From NCBI GenBank assembly GCA_025060135.1, contig JANXCY010000006.1:16205-80204 (forward strand): a stretch of 64,000 nt of DNA. The letters run 5' to 3'. Below the pieces are notes generated by a model. It had not been told where the DNA came from, searched no databases, and saw only the letters and a program-made list of their open reading frames with translations. The translations under genes and the position numbers were made by a program. The stretch is from Anaerolineae bacterium. Lineage in GTDB: Bacteria > Chloroflexota > Anaerolineae > B4-G1 > DUEL01. Below are positions 9,423-19,687 of this stretch, piece by piece (position 1 is the first letter of the stretch; each line of letters begins with the position of its first letter).

Positions 9423-10421
9423 CTACGCCAGCATCCCCCGGATGATAATGTCTACCGCCTCGTCCTCGCTCAGGCCCCGGGCCATGAGGGTTTCCAGTTC
9501 CTTGCGGCTCACGGAACCAATGGCTGCCTCATGGGTAACTCGCGCCTGGTCATTGCGAACAATGACAACGGGAGTATTGCGGGCTACCGCCTGGTCGCGC
9601 ACAATTTCAGTGCAGTCCATATGGCCGCGCGCGCCGGGCGCGTTGCCCTCGGTGGTAGTATAGACTTCGCCCACGGCCCGATCCCGCACTGCGATGCGAG
9701 TCTTTGTCAGCCCCCGGGCCTCGGGGCCGTTGAGTCGGATGGTCTCCTCCGCGCGAATATGGTCGTCCCCCATCCCATAGGCTTTGACTGTCAACTCGGC
9801 TACCCCGCGCGCTCCGACGTCCACCTCCATCCGGATGTCCATCCGACCGACCCGGCCGTGGGTCAGGTTGAACTCATTTTCAAACCGACCCCCCTCCTCC
9901 ACCACGACGTGGCTGGTGGGGAGGACCTGAACACCGCCGTACGGGCCGTGATAGTGGGCCTCGGTATAGCGCATCGTCGCCCCGGGCCCGACGCGGACGG
10001 TGGCGTCCATAATGTGCTGAAGATTCACCGCGTTCGGGAAAGTACAGTGAGCCAGGAAACCCACCTCGGCCCCCTCGCCGATGTCAAAAACGGGAAGAAT
10101 CTCCTGGATGCCTTCTCGCGGGATCATCCCAAAACAGAGGTGGACGGGATAGTTCACCCGGGTGCCTGGGTCCACTCGGATGTGCGCCCGGATGCCAGTG
10201 GGGGTCTCTTCGGCCTCAATGTGGACGCCCGGAATTTCGTTGACAAAGAGAACCCGATTCGCACTGATGACGGCGCTGGCAATCTGGTCGGATTGGAAGG
10301 CCGAGACTTTACCGCCTGCGGCCTCGTAGGCCTTCAGGATGGCCTCAAAATCGCGTGCCCAGGCGGGGTCCCGCCGGGTCAGGAGGGAAACCGGGGTGAT
10401 CGGCGCCGCGCGGGTTTTCAT
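9423..10421 (-). CDS. sufB: SufB/SufD-family Fe-S scaffold (SmsB-like)
   Basis: PVHLCFG, AHCTFP, GHMDCTEIV, THEAAIGSV and LMARGLSEDEAV motifs; ATGA overlap with the sufC stop. Confidence 0.9.
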   Translation of the reverse strand: MKTRAAPITPVSLLTRRDPAWARDFEAILKAYEAAGGKVSAFQSDQIASAVISANRVLFVNEIPGVHIEAEETPTGIRAHIRVDPGTRVNYPVHLCFGMIPREGIQEILPVFDIGEGAEVGFLAHCTFPNAVNLQHIMDATVRVGPGATMRYTEAHYHGPYGGVQVLPTSHVVVEEGGRFENEFNLTHGRVGRMDIRMEVDVGARGVAELTVKAYGMGDDHIRAEETIRLNGPEARGLTKTRIAVRDRAVGEVYTTTEGNAPGARGHMDCTEIVRDQAVARNTPVVIVRNDQARVTHEAAIGSVSRKELETLMARGLSEDEAVDIIIRGMLA

Positions 10422-11200
10422 TCGCAGACCCCTCGGGTGACGACCTCTTTGTAGGTATCGCCGTTGACCGGCTCCCAGGGCTGGGCGCCCAGGGTCTCTT
10501 CGTGGGGGCGACACCGCTGAGCAAAGTAGGCGCGCACCTCGTCTGGATTGCCCGTTTTGACAATGGTTCCGCCGCACATCAGGCTGGCCCGGTCGGCCGC
10601 ATCGGCCATCTCGTCCCGATGGGTGATGAGAAGGACCGCCGTGCCTTCAGCGGCCATCTGCCGGATCAGGATGGCAATTTCCTCCACTCCCAGGACATCA
10701 ATGCCCGAATCCGGCTCGTCCAAGATGGCCAGGCGGGGCCGCATGGCATAGACAGCCGCCAGTTCTATCCGTTTGCGCTCGCCACCGGAAAGCGTGGAGT
10801 CCACCGGGCGGCCCAGATAGACTGCGGGAGCCAGGGCAACGGCCCGAAGGGCGGCTTCTACCCGGGCCAGTGTGGGCTCCTTCATCCCCAGCGCGATATA
10901 GTCGCCGGTCCGGAGTCCCTCAAAGCGGGCCGGTTCCTGCCAGGCCAGGGTAATGCCTCGCTGGGCCCGCTCGGAGACGGAGAGAGCGGTGATGTCTTCG
11001 CCGTCAAAGAGGATGCGACCCTGGGCTGGACGGTACCCTGCACAGCCCATCAGCGTGTAAGCCAGACTGCTCTTGCCAGAGCCGTTTAGTCCCAGGAGAA
11101 CGTGGACCTCCGCCGGATAGACGGTGAGGTTGACCCCCCGGAGCACTTCCGCGCCGGGGCGATGGACATAGAGGTCTTGTACCACCAGCAACGGGTTCAT
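10418..11200 (-). CDS. sufC: SufC-like ABC ATPase (SmsC)
   Basis: GLNGSGKS, LSGGERKRIE, ILDEPDSGID and ITH motifs. Start is 11200 or 11212. Confidence 0.9.
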   Translation of the reverse strand: MNPLLVVQDLYVHRPGAEVLRGVNLTVYPAEVHVLLGLNGSGKSSLAYTLMGCAGYRPAQGRILFDGEDITALSVSERAQRGITLAWQEPARFEGLRTGDYIALGMKEPTLARVEAALRAVALAPAVYLGRPVDSTLSGGERKRIELAAVYAMRPRLAILDEPDSGIDVLGVEEIAILIRQMAAEGTAVLLITHRDEMADAADRASLMCGGTIVKTGNPDEVRAYFAQRCRPHEETLGAQPWEPVNGDTYKEVVTRGVCE

Positions 11201-11241
11201 GGCCGGATGCATGTCGACTGCCCAGGGCGCAAAATGGTAAC

Positions 11242-11268
11242 ACCTGTGGTTATTAGGATACCACAGGT
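11242..11268. promoter_or_regulatory. Perfect inverted repeat over the putative sufC -10 box (operator candidate)
   Basis: ACCTGTGGT-N9-ACCACAGGT; the minus strand shows TGGCAA-17-TATCCT with extended TG. Confidence 0.5.
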
Positions 11269-11574
11269 TGGCTGTTTTTGCCAGTTCAAGCGCTTCTGCC
11301 ACAACCCGGGGATAGCTGGTTTTCGGGGTAACCAAGAGGAATAGAGAGCGGCCTGTCGTTGAGCGGAGCAATACCGCTGCCCTGACCAGCCAGGAGCCCG
11401 CGTCTCCAGAACGAGCGACGGCCTTTACCCTCTGGCACCAACAGCTACCTGCCAGCCCCGGAGTCGCTAAGCGATGGAATTCTTGGCAAGCCGTTGGCCC
11501 ACTCCTTCCGGGAAGGCACTTCAGATTTCACCGATGGCACAAATTTCTATGGTTCTCCCAGCGGTTGAGACTTC

Positions 11575-12276
11575 TCAGAGTCTACGTCGCTCCGCGTTCT
11601 GCAATTCCAGTTCATCCCAGGTGACATCCATCTCTGCCATTTCTCCGGTTACGGCGTAGATCGTCCGTTCACAGATGTTGGTCACCCGGTCAGCAGCCCG
11701 TTCCAGGTTGTGGGCTGCCCACAGCAGCCAGTTCACCCGCTCTATAGCGGATGGGTCCCGCACCACCATGCCCATCAGGTCCCAATAAATGCGGAGGTAG
11801 AACGCGTCCACCTCGTCGTCCTCCCGGGGGATGGCGCGGGCCGCTTCCGCGTCTTCGTTGACGAATGCTACCAGGGCCCGATGGAGCATATCCGCCGTTT
11901 TCCGGGCCATTACCGGGATCTCGGCAGGAACGATGGGCTTCAGCACATCTCCCATCCGAAGGTTAATCACCGCAATGCCTTTGGCATAATCGCCGATACG
12001 CTCCAGTTCACCCGCAATTTCCAACACCGCCGCCAGCAGACGCAGGTCACTGGCTACCGGTTGCTGGGTGGCGATCAGGCCAATGGTCAGCGCCTCTATC
12101 GCAAACCGCCGGTCGTTAACCTCCCGGTCGGCCGCCATAACTCGCCGGGCGGCCACCAGGTCCCGCTTCTCCAGCGCCTCAGCTGATTCCAGCAGCGCCC
12201 GTTCCACCATATTGCCCAGAATCAACAGTTTTTCCTTGATTTCTCGCATTTGCTGGTCCAGGATTTTTCGGGTCAT
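11575..12276 (-). CDS. phoU: Phosphate signalling protein PhoU
   Basis: ATQQPVASDLR, ELERIGDYA and LERAADRVTNICE motifs; last gene of the pst operon. Confidence 0.95.
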   Translation of the reverse strand: MTRKILDQQMREIKEKLLILGNMVERALLESAEALEKRDLVAARRVMAADREVNDRRFAIEALTIGLIATQQPVASDLRLLAAVLEIAGELERIGDYAKGIAVINLRMGDVLKPIVPAEIPVMARKTADMLHRALVAFVNEDAEAARAIPREDDEVDAFYLRIYWDLMGMVVRDPSAIERVNWLLWAAHNLERAADRVTNICERTIYAVTGEMAEMDVTWDELELQNAERRRL

Positions 12277-12338
12277 TGGCTACCTCTACGCGTCGGTGAA
12301 GACATCCGCGTTGGTTGGCGTCTGTCTCCTTATGCTTA

Positions 12339-13118
12339 TTATCCAAACCGCCCGGTTACGTAGTCCTCCGTGCGCTTGTCCCGGGGGTTGGTGAAGATGG
12401 TCTTGGTCCGGTCAAACTCAATGACGGTGCCCGAACGCTCCTCATCGCCGGTCAGCATCATCATCGCCGTGTAATCGGAGACCCGGGCCGCCTGCTGCAT
12501 GTTGTGGGTTACGATGACCAGGGTGTAATCCCGCTTCAGTTCCCGCATCAGTTCTTCAATCTTGAGGGTCGCAATGGGGTCCAACGCCGACGCGGGCTCA
12601 TCCAGCAGGATGACTTCTGGCTGGAGGGCAATCACACGGGCGATACAGAGCCGCTGCTGCTGTCCGCCGGAGAGGGAAAGACCACTCTGGTGGAGTTTAT
12701 CCTTGACCTCATCCCACAGCGCGGCGGCGCGCAGGGCTTGCTCCACGGCCTCATCCAGTTGCGCCCGGGTGCCCCGAAACCCGTTGATTCGCAGCCCCCA
12801 GGCGACATTCTCGTAAATGGACTTGGGGAATGGATTGGGTTTCTGGAAGACCATCCCGATGCGCCGCCGGACCTCCACGGGGTCCATACGCGGGTCGTAG
12901 ATATTCACCCCATCAAAGAGGACTTCCCCCTCTGTCCGGCATCCAGGCACCAGTTCGTTCATCCGGTTCAGTGCTCGTAGAAGGGTGCTCTTTCCCACCC
13001 CGGAAGGCCCGATAATGGCTGTAATCTGGTTGCGGGGGATGGCCAAATTCACGTCCTTGATGGCCAGAAAGTCACCGTAGTAGACGCGCAGGTTATGGAT
13101 GTTCAGAGCGGTTTCCAT
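12339..13118 (-). CDS. pstB: Phosphate ABC transporter ATPase
   Basis: [38 protein letters not shown] and [10 protein letters not shown] motifs. Confidence 0.97.
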   Translation of the reverse strand: METALNIHNLRVYYGDFLAIKDVNLAIPRNQITAIIGPSGVGKSTLLRALNRMNELVPGCRTEGEVLFDGVNIYDPRMDPVEVRRRIGMVFQKPNPFPKSIYENVAWGLRINGFRGTRAQLDEAVEQALRAAALWDEVKDKLHQSGLSLSGGQQQRLCIARVIALQPEVILLDEPASALDPIATLKIEELMRELKRDYTLVIVTHNMQQAARVSDYTAMMMLTGDEERSGTVIEFDRTKTIFTNPRDKRTEDYVTGRFG

Positions 13119-13168
13119 AGGCCATACTCCGTATCCGTGTTTCGTTTATGCACTACGTAATCCGCATA

Positions 13169-14092
13169 CTACCAGCGCTTCTGCAAGCGGTTACGGAGCC
13201 AGATAGCCAGGGCGTTCATAGAAAGGAGGACCACCAGCAGGACGATGATGCCCGCTGCCGACAGTCGGTGAAAGGCCTCCTGGGGCATAGAGATCCAGTT
13301 GAAAATCTGGATGGGCAGGACGGTGAAGATGTCCAGCGGGCCGCGCAGGTCAAAGGCGATGTAGGTCAGCGCGCCGATGGTGATCAGGGGCGCTGTCTCG
13401 CCAATGGCGCGCGAGAGGGCCAGGATCATCCCTGTCAGAATCCCGCCCATGCTATAGACCAGGACATGGTCCCGAACCATTTCCCAGCGGCTGGCCCCCA
13501 GGGCGAGAGCCGCCTCCCGGATAGAGGCCGGCACCGCCCGCAGGGCCTCGCGCGTGGAGACGATGATGACCGGCAGGATGACCAGCGTCATGGTCAGGAC
13601 CCCCGCCAGGAGGCTCCGGCCCAACCCCAGGCCGCGTACGAACAGCCCCAGCCCCAATAGGCCATAGATGATGGAAGGTACCCCGGCCAGGTTGGCAACG
13701 TTAATTTCAATAAACCGGGTCAGAATATTCTTGGGCGCAAACTCTTCCAGATAAATTCCCGCCCCCACGCCCAGCGGGAAAGAGAGGAGCGCAGTCAGCA
13801 CCATTAACCAGATGGAACCCTGGAGCGCTGAACGCAGGCCGGACTGATCTGGGAAGCGAGAGGGGAATTGGGTAAAGAGTTGCGGGCGCAGATAGGGCAA
13901 GCCATCCAGGAAGACCCGTACCAGCAGGATCAGGAGGACAGCAACGCCCAGGAGGATCGCCACTAGCGCTACACTCTCCCAAACCCGACCGAAGACCTTG
14001 CGGCGTTCCAGGTGGGGTTCCAACATCGGTGCTCCAGGCGCTCTATCCCGTCGTCGGTCGTCCGTGGCCCATCGTCTGGGATCTGGGGTCAT
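13169..14092 (-). CDS. pstA: Phosphate ABC transporter permease
   Basis: [17 protein letters not shown] loop and [12 protein letters not shown] motifs. Confidence 0.95.
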   Translation of the reverse strand: MTPDPRRWATDDRRRDRAPGAPMLEPHLERRKVFGRVWESVALVAILLGVAVLLILLVRVFLDGLPYLRPQLFTQFPSRFPDQSGLRSALQGSIWLMVLTALLSFPLGVGAGIYLEEFAPKNILTRFIEINVANLAGVPSIIYGLLGLGLFVRGLGLGRSLLAGVLTMTLVILPVIIVSTREALRAVPASIREAALALGASRWEMVRDHVLVYSMGGILTGMILALSRAIGETAPLITIGALTYIAFDLRGPLDIFTVLPIQIFNWISMPQEAFHRLSAAGIIVLLVVLLSMNALAIWLRNRLQKRW

Positions 14093-15039
14093 TCGTACAC
14101 CTCCCGGAAGCGCCGAGTCAGCAGGTAACTGGCAACATTCATCCCCAGGGTCATCAGGAAGAGCATCATCCCCACCGCGAAGATGGTCTGATACTCCAGC
14201 GTGCCGTGGGGGGTATCACCCAGGCTGACCTGGACGATATAGGCGGTCATCGTCTCAATGGATTCCAGCGGGTTGAGCGTCAACTTGGGCTGCTGCCCGG
14301 CAGCAATAGCGACGATCATGGTCTCGCCAACGGCCCGAGAGACAGCCAGGATAAAGGCCGCAGCGATGCCGGAAAAGGCCGCCGGGACGACGACCTGCGT
14401 TGCCACTTCCCAGCGGGTGGCGCCCAGGGCGTAGGCCGCCTCTCGCAGCGAGCGAGGGACTGCGTACAGCGCGTCCTCCGAAAGAGAAGCAACCGTGGGC
14501 AGAATCATAAAGCCCATGGCGATCGCTGCGCTGGCCGCGTTGAAGACCTGGGTCTGAGGAAAGATGGAACGCAGAATCGGCGTGATAAACGTCAGGGCAA
14601 AGTAACCGTAAACGACCGTGGGGACGCCAGCCAGGATTTCCAAGAAGGGCTTCAGGATCCGCCGGATCCGTTCATTGGCCACTTCGCTCATAAAGATGGC
14701 AGCCAGCAGGCCCAGCGGCAGAGCGATGACCATCGCGCCTGCTGCTACCAGCATCGTCCCATTGACCAGGGGCCAGATGCCGAATCGCTTGGAAAGGAAG
14801 AGCGGCGTCCAGCGGGTATCCAGGAAAAACTGGGCAAAAGAGACTTTCTGGAAGAAGAAAACCGTTTCCTGGAAGAGGACAAAGATGATGCCCAGGGTGG
14901 TCAGGATGGAAACCGTCGCGAACAGGAAGAGACCGCTCTTCACTATCCTTTCCTCCACTTTACGGCGACGGGTCAGGGCGGGCTGGGAGAGGACTTTCGG
15001 GACGGCTACTCTTTCCTGAAGGGTGGTGATTCCGGCCAT
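14089..15039 (-). CDS. pstC: Phosphate ABC transporter permease
   Basis: [22 protein letters not shown] and [10 protein letters not shown] motifs; GGAGA RBS. Confidence 0.95.
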   Translation of the reverse strand: MAGITTLQERVAVPKVLSQPALTRRRKVEERIVKSGLFLFATVSILTTLGIIFVLFQETVFFFQKVSFAQFFLDTRWTPLFLSKRFGIWPLVNGTMLVAAGAMVIALPLGLLAAIFMSEVANERIRRILKPFLEILAGVPTVVYGYFALTFITPILRSIFPQTQVFNAASAAIAMGFMILPTVASLSEDALYAVPRSLREAAYALGATRWEVATQVVVPAAFSGIAAAFILAVSRAVGETMIVAIAAGQQPKLTLNPLESIETMTAYIVQVSLGDTPHGTLEYQTIFAVGMMLFLMTLGMNVASYLLTRRFREVYE

Positions 15040-15091
15040 GCGTTCTCCTGCTGTAATGGATCGGACACACCCCATATTTTACCTAAAGAAT

Positions 15092-15130
15092 GCGAAGGGC
15101 GCAAAGAGGGGGAATCTTTGCGCCCTTCGC
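15092..15130. terminator. 16-bp perfect stem-loop between pstS and pstC (mRNA stabiliser or attenuator)
   Basis: GCGAAGGGCGCAAAGA-N7-TCTTTGCGCCCTTCGC. Confidence 0.6.
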
Positions 15131-15148
15131 GTGGGAATCCCCTGGCGT

Positions 15149-16228
15149 TTACTGCTCCGCCTTCAGCAGGTCGGTCAGGGTCATACCGACCGTAGCCTCA
15201 CCTTTGAAGACCGACCCGACGATGCGCTTCTCGTACCGCTGAAGGGCCAGCGTGTAGAGTTCGTCGGTCAGCGGGATGTAGCCCACATCCGGGACGATCT
15301 GCTTTGCGTTCTCCAGGTAATACTTCACAAAGAGACCAATCTCGTCTTTCTGGTCCGCCCGGGCCCGGTTAACATAGATGAAGAGGGGACGGGAAAGGGG
15401 CTTGTAGGTGCCGTTGGCAACGGTCTCCGCTGTAGGCTGGACACACTTGCCGTCCCCGGCATCAATGGCGACCAGTTTGAGTTTGTCCTTGTTCTCCTCG
15501 TAGTAGGCCAGGCCAAAGTAGCCCAGAGCGCTAGGGTCGCCTGCGATGCCCTGCACCAGCACGTTGTCATCTTCGCTGGCCAGGAAGTCTCCCCGGCTGG
15601 CTTTGGCCTTCCCCACGATGGCTTCGGTGAAGTAGTCAAAAGTCCCTGAGTCCACACCCGGCCCGTAGAGGGTCAGCGGACGGTTGGGGAAGCCATTCCG
15701 AACCTGGCTCCAGTTGGTGATTTTGCCCTCGGCATCCGGCTCCCAGATTTTCTTCAGTTCCTCCACCGTCAGACAGTCCACAAAGTCGTTCTGGGGGTTG
15801 ACCATCACCGCCAGGCCGTCAAAAGCGATGGGGAGTTCAATGTACTCAATGTTATTCTTGGCGCATGCTTCGATCTCTGACTGCTTAATGGGGCGGGAAG
15901 CGTCCTGGATGTCCGTCTCTCCGGCGCAGAACTTCTTGAAGCCACCGCCGGTACCGGAAATACCCACAGGCACGCGCACCTCAGGATACTGTTTCTGGAA
16001 CTCCTCGGCAACGGCCATCGTGATGGGAGCCACCGTGCTGGAGCCGTCCACCAGGATGGTCCCCTCCACCGGCCCGGGGGTGGGGGTAACCTCTACCACT
16101 ACTTGCTCTTTCACCACAGTCACGAAGACCTGAGGTGTCGGCGTTGGGCCCGGCGTCGCGGGCTGGCAGGCCACCAGCAGGGCCGCCAGGACCAGCAGGA
16201 TCAACAAGAGACGAGGAACACGTAACAT
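15149..16228 (-). CDS. pstS: Phosphate-binding lipoprotein PstS
   Basis: LLVAC lipobox; [27 protein letters not shown] and [11 protein letters not shown] motifs; GGAGGAG RBS. Confidence 0.96.
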   Translation of the reverse strand: MLRVPRLLLILLVLAALLVACQPATPGPTPTPQVFVTVVKEQVVVEVTPTPGPVEGTILVDGSSTVAPITMAVAEEFQKQYPEVRVPVGISGTGGGFKKFCAGETDIQDASRPIKQSEIEACAKNNIEYIELPIAFDGLAVMVNPQNDFVDCLTVEELKKIWEPDAEGKITNWSQVRNGFPNRPLTLYGPGVDSGTFDYFTEAIVGKAKASRGDFLASEDDNVLVQGIAGDPSALGYFGLAYYEENKDKLKLVAIDAGDGKCVQPTAETVANGTYKPLSRPLFIYVNRARADQKDEIGLFVKYYLENAKQIVPDVGYIPLTDELYTLALQRYEKRIVGSVFKGEATVGMTLTDLLKAEQ

Positions 16229-16268
16229 TTCATCTCCTCCTTGAATTGGATGTGTGGATTCGGGGGGT

Positions 16269-16323
16269 ATCATACCAGGCTACAGTTAAGAGGGGAGCAA
16301 GAAAATGTTAACGTTCGGTTAAC
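16269..16323 (-). promoter_or_regulatory. Pho-box-like repeats plus extended -10 of pstS
   Basis: TTAAC units at 16318, 16307 and 16285 (11/22-bp phasing), followed on the minus strand by TGGTATGAT. Confidence 0.7.
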
Positions 16324-16406
16324 AACGCCTGCGCTTCGGAACAGCGGCGCCCACAGGCTGCCACCATACCCTTTCGTCGCTTACTCCCTATCGCCAGAAC
16401 CGACAT

Positions 16407-17054
16407 CTATGATCTCCGAAGAAGCCGGTGCACCAGTGGGCCCACATCCAGCACGCTGGCCACCGTGAAGTCCACACCGTCCTGGAGAGGGCCGTTGATC
16501 AGAACGGTTGTCATCCCCCACCGCTTAGCGGGCTGCAGGTTGACGGCTCGGTCATCCACCAGGATGCAGGCCCGGCCCGGGGTGTTCAGGAGAGCCAGCA
16601 GCCGCTCGTAGGCCTCTGGGCGCGGTTTATGTACAAAGTTCAGGGCCCGGATGTCTACGATACGCTCAAAGAGGTCATCCACGCCCAGCGCGCGCAGCAC
16701 CCGAACGGCATGTTCAGTGGTGGCATTAGTGAAGATCACCCGGCCCAGCGGAATCCCCGCCAGCATAGTCCGAAGAGCCGGGTCGGGCTGGAGATAAGTC
16801 TCCACCGGGACATCGTGGACATACGCCAGGTAGTCTTCCACATCTACCCGACCCGGATGTTCAGCCAGCAGGCCCGCCAGGGTGGTGCCGTAGCGTTGAA
16901 TGTAGGTTCTCCGCAGATAAGAGGCCTCTTCGGGGTCCAGACCCAGCCGGCGCTGCAGCCAGTCAGTAATCCGACGGGCTACCCTCTGCATGAGCCCGGT
17001 GCTGGTTGGGTACAGGGTCTCATCCAGGTCAAAGACAGCATGGGTAAAGGGCAC
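16407..17054 (-). CDS. HAD-family pyrimidine 5'-nucleotidase
   Basis: FDLDETLYP, YGTTLAGL, FTNA, KP and LVDD motifs; GTG start with GGAGG RBS. Confidence 0.88.
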   Translation of the reverse strand: MPFTHAVFDLDETLYPTSTGLMQRVARRITDWLQRRLGLDPEEASYLRRTYIQRYGTTLAGLLAEHPGRVDVEDYLAYVHDVPVETYLQPDPALRTMLAGIPLGRVIFTNATTEHAVRVLRALGVDDLFERIVDIRALNFVHKPRPEAYERLLALLNTPGRACILVDDRAVNLQPAKRWGMTTVLINGPLQDGVDFTVASVLDVGPLVHRLLRRS

Positions 17055-17181
17055 GGAACTGTTGCCTCCAGGAAATGGCAGAAGAAGTATACCCGATTTC
17101 GGAGCGGGTGCAAAGTGGCGCTTGACATCCCGTGATTCTGGGATATGCTTAATATGCAGGGTTGGATAACGAGGTAAGGAT

Positions 17182-19410
17182 ATGGAGCCCTGGGTCGGAA
17201 TCATCCGGCTGGTAGGAGGGCGACGGCAGGAAGGAGGACATCCGGGCTGCGCGTGGTTCCTTCCTCCGCTCCAACCGGCCCCGGGACGGGAAAGGGAACG
17301 GTTCGCTATGGTGTTGAGCCTGAACGGACCAGCCCCTTCCCGCCTCTACCGGGAAATCCGTGAGGCGACGGCCCAGGCCTTCTGGTCCACGCCGGGGAGC
17401 CCGGTGGCCGCGCTGCGCCGGGCCGCCATCGCCGCCAATCGGACGCTGGTCCGCTTCAACCGTCAGGTCCCTGGCGAGAGTCGCTATCTGGGAAGCCTGG
17501 CCTGCGCTGCCCTGCGGGCCCACGAGGGCTTCCTGGCCCATGTGGGCCCGGCCTGGTCCCGGGCCATCGGCGCAGGTGGGGAGGAGCAGTTCCCAGAGCA
17601 AACCCTTCCCTCACTGGGCACACGGCCATATGTGGAAACGGCTATCTCTTATATCCCCATCCAGCCGGGCACCACGCTTTTGCTGAGCGCCCCTAATCCC
17701 CTCCAGTTTGCCACCCTGGACGCGCTGGACCACGTCCTGCAACGGGAAGAAGCAGCCATCCTGGACGGACTGGAGCAACTGGCCAGCGATGAGGACTGGG
17801 CCGCGCTGGTCGTACGGTGGGTAGAGGAAGCCCTCCGTCCTGTGTCAGTGCCTGCCCCACGCCGCCCGAAGCCACGCCGTCTGGCCGAACCCTCCGCTGT
17901 GCCTCCTCCCAGGCCGGAGCCACCCAGAAGGCCCGAATCCGCTCCCCCGGTCGGAGAACGGGCTCTGGCTCCAGAACCCGGACCCCGAACGGCACCGGCG
18001 CAAGAAGCCGAGGAAGAAACGGAGTCAGAGGCCGGCTTCTGGGAGCCGGAACCGGTCTATCGGCCAGAAGAGATGCCGGTTCGGGAAACGTCCAGCGTTC
18101 GGGCCGAGGGGCCAGGGGCCTGGGCCCGGCTTGGGGAAGCGCTGGCGACCCGTGCGTCGGCCATCGGGAAGAGAATCCAGGCAGGATTTTCCGGCCTGCG
18201 TCGCGGAGGACGCACCCTGCTCCGGCGCGCCCTCCCTGGAGTGGATCGCCGCCGGATTACCTCGGCGCGGATGGTCCGGGTGCCTCCGCAGGAAAATCCG
18301 CGCCAGATGGCGGCTCTGGCCATCATTATTCTGATGCTGGTTATCCTGCTTACGCTGATTGCCTGGCTCCGATATGGGCGAGACCTGCGATTGAGTCAGG
18401 CGCTTTCCCTGGCCCAGGCCCATGTCCGGGCCGCTCAGCAGGCTACCCGTCCAGAGGAAGCCCGTCTCCACTGGGAAGCCGTCCTGAATGCTCTCAACGG
18501 ATACGAGAACCCGGAGGCTGTGGCGCTTCACACTGCCGCCCAGGAGGCCCTGGATCGGATGGACGGCGTTCTTCGGGTCCAACCCACTCTGGTCGCCGAT
18601 GTGGGAATGCCGGATGCCCGTTACCGTCTGGCGGCCTGGGATCACAGCGTAGCGGTTCTGCAAGACGGCAGACGTATCCTGACCTTTGCTCCCGGCAGCC
18701 AGGGCAAGACCATCCCGCTACCAGAATCTATCATGCTGTTAGACATTGCTCCCACCGGAGCTCTCCATCCTCAGGCCGATGCCGGACAATGGCCGCCGGG
18801 GTTGCTGATTTTGGGAACGGGAGGTCATCTGTGGGTGTATGACTGGCAATGGCCGGAACCCCGTCCTGTACCGTTCCCGGCCCCTCCAGGTGGGCACGAT
18901 CCGGCCGCCATAGCCACCTACGAAGGGCGGTTATATCTGCTGGACCCGGTCGCCGGACAGATATGGCGGTACGTCCCGCAAGGTGGAGGGGGATTCCGGC
19001 AGGAGGCCGAGCCGTATTTCCCCCCGGACGCGCCCCCCCTGGCCGGTGCCCGGGATATGACCATTGACGGGAATATCTACATCCTTTTTGAAAATGGTCA
19101 GGTGGCCCGTTACCTGAAAGGACAGGCAATGCCATTTACCGTGGCCAGGGTACCCGAGCCTACACCGCATTTTGTCGCATTCACGGTAGACCCAGCGCTG
19201 ACCGATGGGCCGATTTATCTGGCCGACAGGGCCGCAGAGCGCATTGTCGTCCTGAGGGCCAACGGAGAGTTCTGCGCCCAATTGCGGCCCCCCGGAACGG
19301 AATTCCGCCACCTAAAAGCCATAGCCATCAGCCAAACCGGAGACACGCTCTTCGTACTGGCCGGGGGACGGGTGTATCGGCTTCCCCTTCCTCCATTGCC
19401 ATGCCGATAA
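17182..19410 (+). CDS. Membrane protein: degenerate PP2C-like N-domain, Pro-rich linker, TM helix, beta-propeller-like C-domain
   Basis: ALRRAAIAANR, LAHVGP and PGTTLLLS motifs; one TM helix (ALAIIILMLVILLTLIAWL); NHL-like YEGRLYLLD, IDGNIYIL and IYLAD repeats. TTGACA-16-TATGCT promoter at 17122. Confidence 0.75.
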   Translation: MEPWVGIIRLVGGRRQEGGHPGCAWFLPPLQPAPGRERERFAMVLSLNGPAPSRLYREIREATAQAFWSTPGSPVAALRRAAIAANRTLVRFNRQVPGESRYLGSLACAALRAHEGFLAHVGPAWSRAIGAGGEEQFPEQTLPSLGTRPYVETAISYIPIQPGTTLLLSAPNPLQFATLDALDHVLQREEAAILDGLEQLASDEDWAALVVRWVEEALRPVSVPAPRRPKPRRLAEPSAVPPPRPEPPRRPESAPPVGERALAPEPGPRTAPAQEAEEETESEAGFWEPEPVYRPEEMPVRETSSVRAEGPGAWARLGEALATRASAIGKRIQAGFSGLRRGGRTLLRRALPGVDRRRITSARMVRVPPQENPRQMAALAIIILMLVILLTLIAWLRYGRDLRLSQALSLAQAHVRAAQQATRPEEARLHWEAVLNALNGYENPEAVALHTAAQEALDRMDGVLRVQPTLVADVGMPDARYRLAAWDHSVAVLQDGRRILTFAPGSQGKTIPLPESIMLLDIAPTGALHPQADAGQWPPGLLILGTGGHLWVYDWQWPEPRPVPFPAPPGGHDPAAIATYEGRLYLLDPVAGQIWRYVPQGGGGFRQEAEPYFPPDAPPLAGARDMTIDGNIYILFENGQVARYLKGQAMPFTVARVPEPTPHFVAFTVDPALTDGPIYLADRAAERIVVLRANGEFCAQLRPPGTEFRHLKAIAISQTGDTLFVLAGGRVYRLPLPPLPCR

Positions 19411-19687
19411 GGTCAGCGGCTGCAGCCGGATGGGGTTTCGGGTCTTATAGAGAACCATCCTCTAGCCCCCCGATACCGACACGCCTTCAGACCCCTGGAT
19501 CGCCCGATATACCGAAACTGCGTCTTGGTCAACCGGCGTGGCTGCCCGTATCGCCCACAGATACCCTCTGCTCCCCCTCATCGCGATTTCCGACTGATGT
19601 CCGAACCTCGGTATGGCGCGAGACTTGCACCTTTTGACGTCCTAAATATAATGACCGGTGGTCAGTTATCCCGCGCGGGAGAGTGAT

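Noticed and set aside
10418-11371. Long N-terminal extensions in the ORF track (sufC, sufB, translin, SLT, PBP, galE and others)
   Set aside because: They overlap promoters or neighbouring genes; downstream starts with RBS fit the family N-termini better.
13126-13168. Degenerate heptamer-like repeats between pstA and pstB
   Set aside because: Too short and degenerate to support a call.
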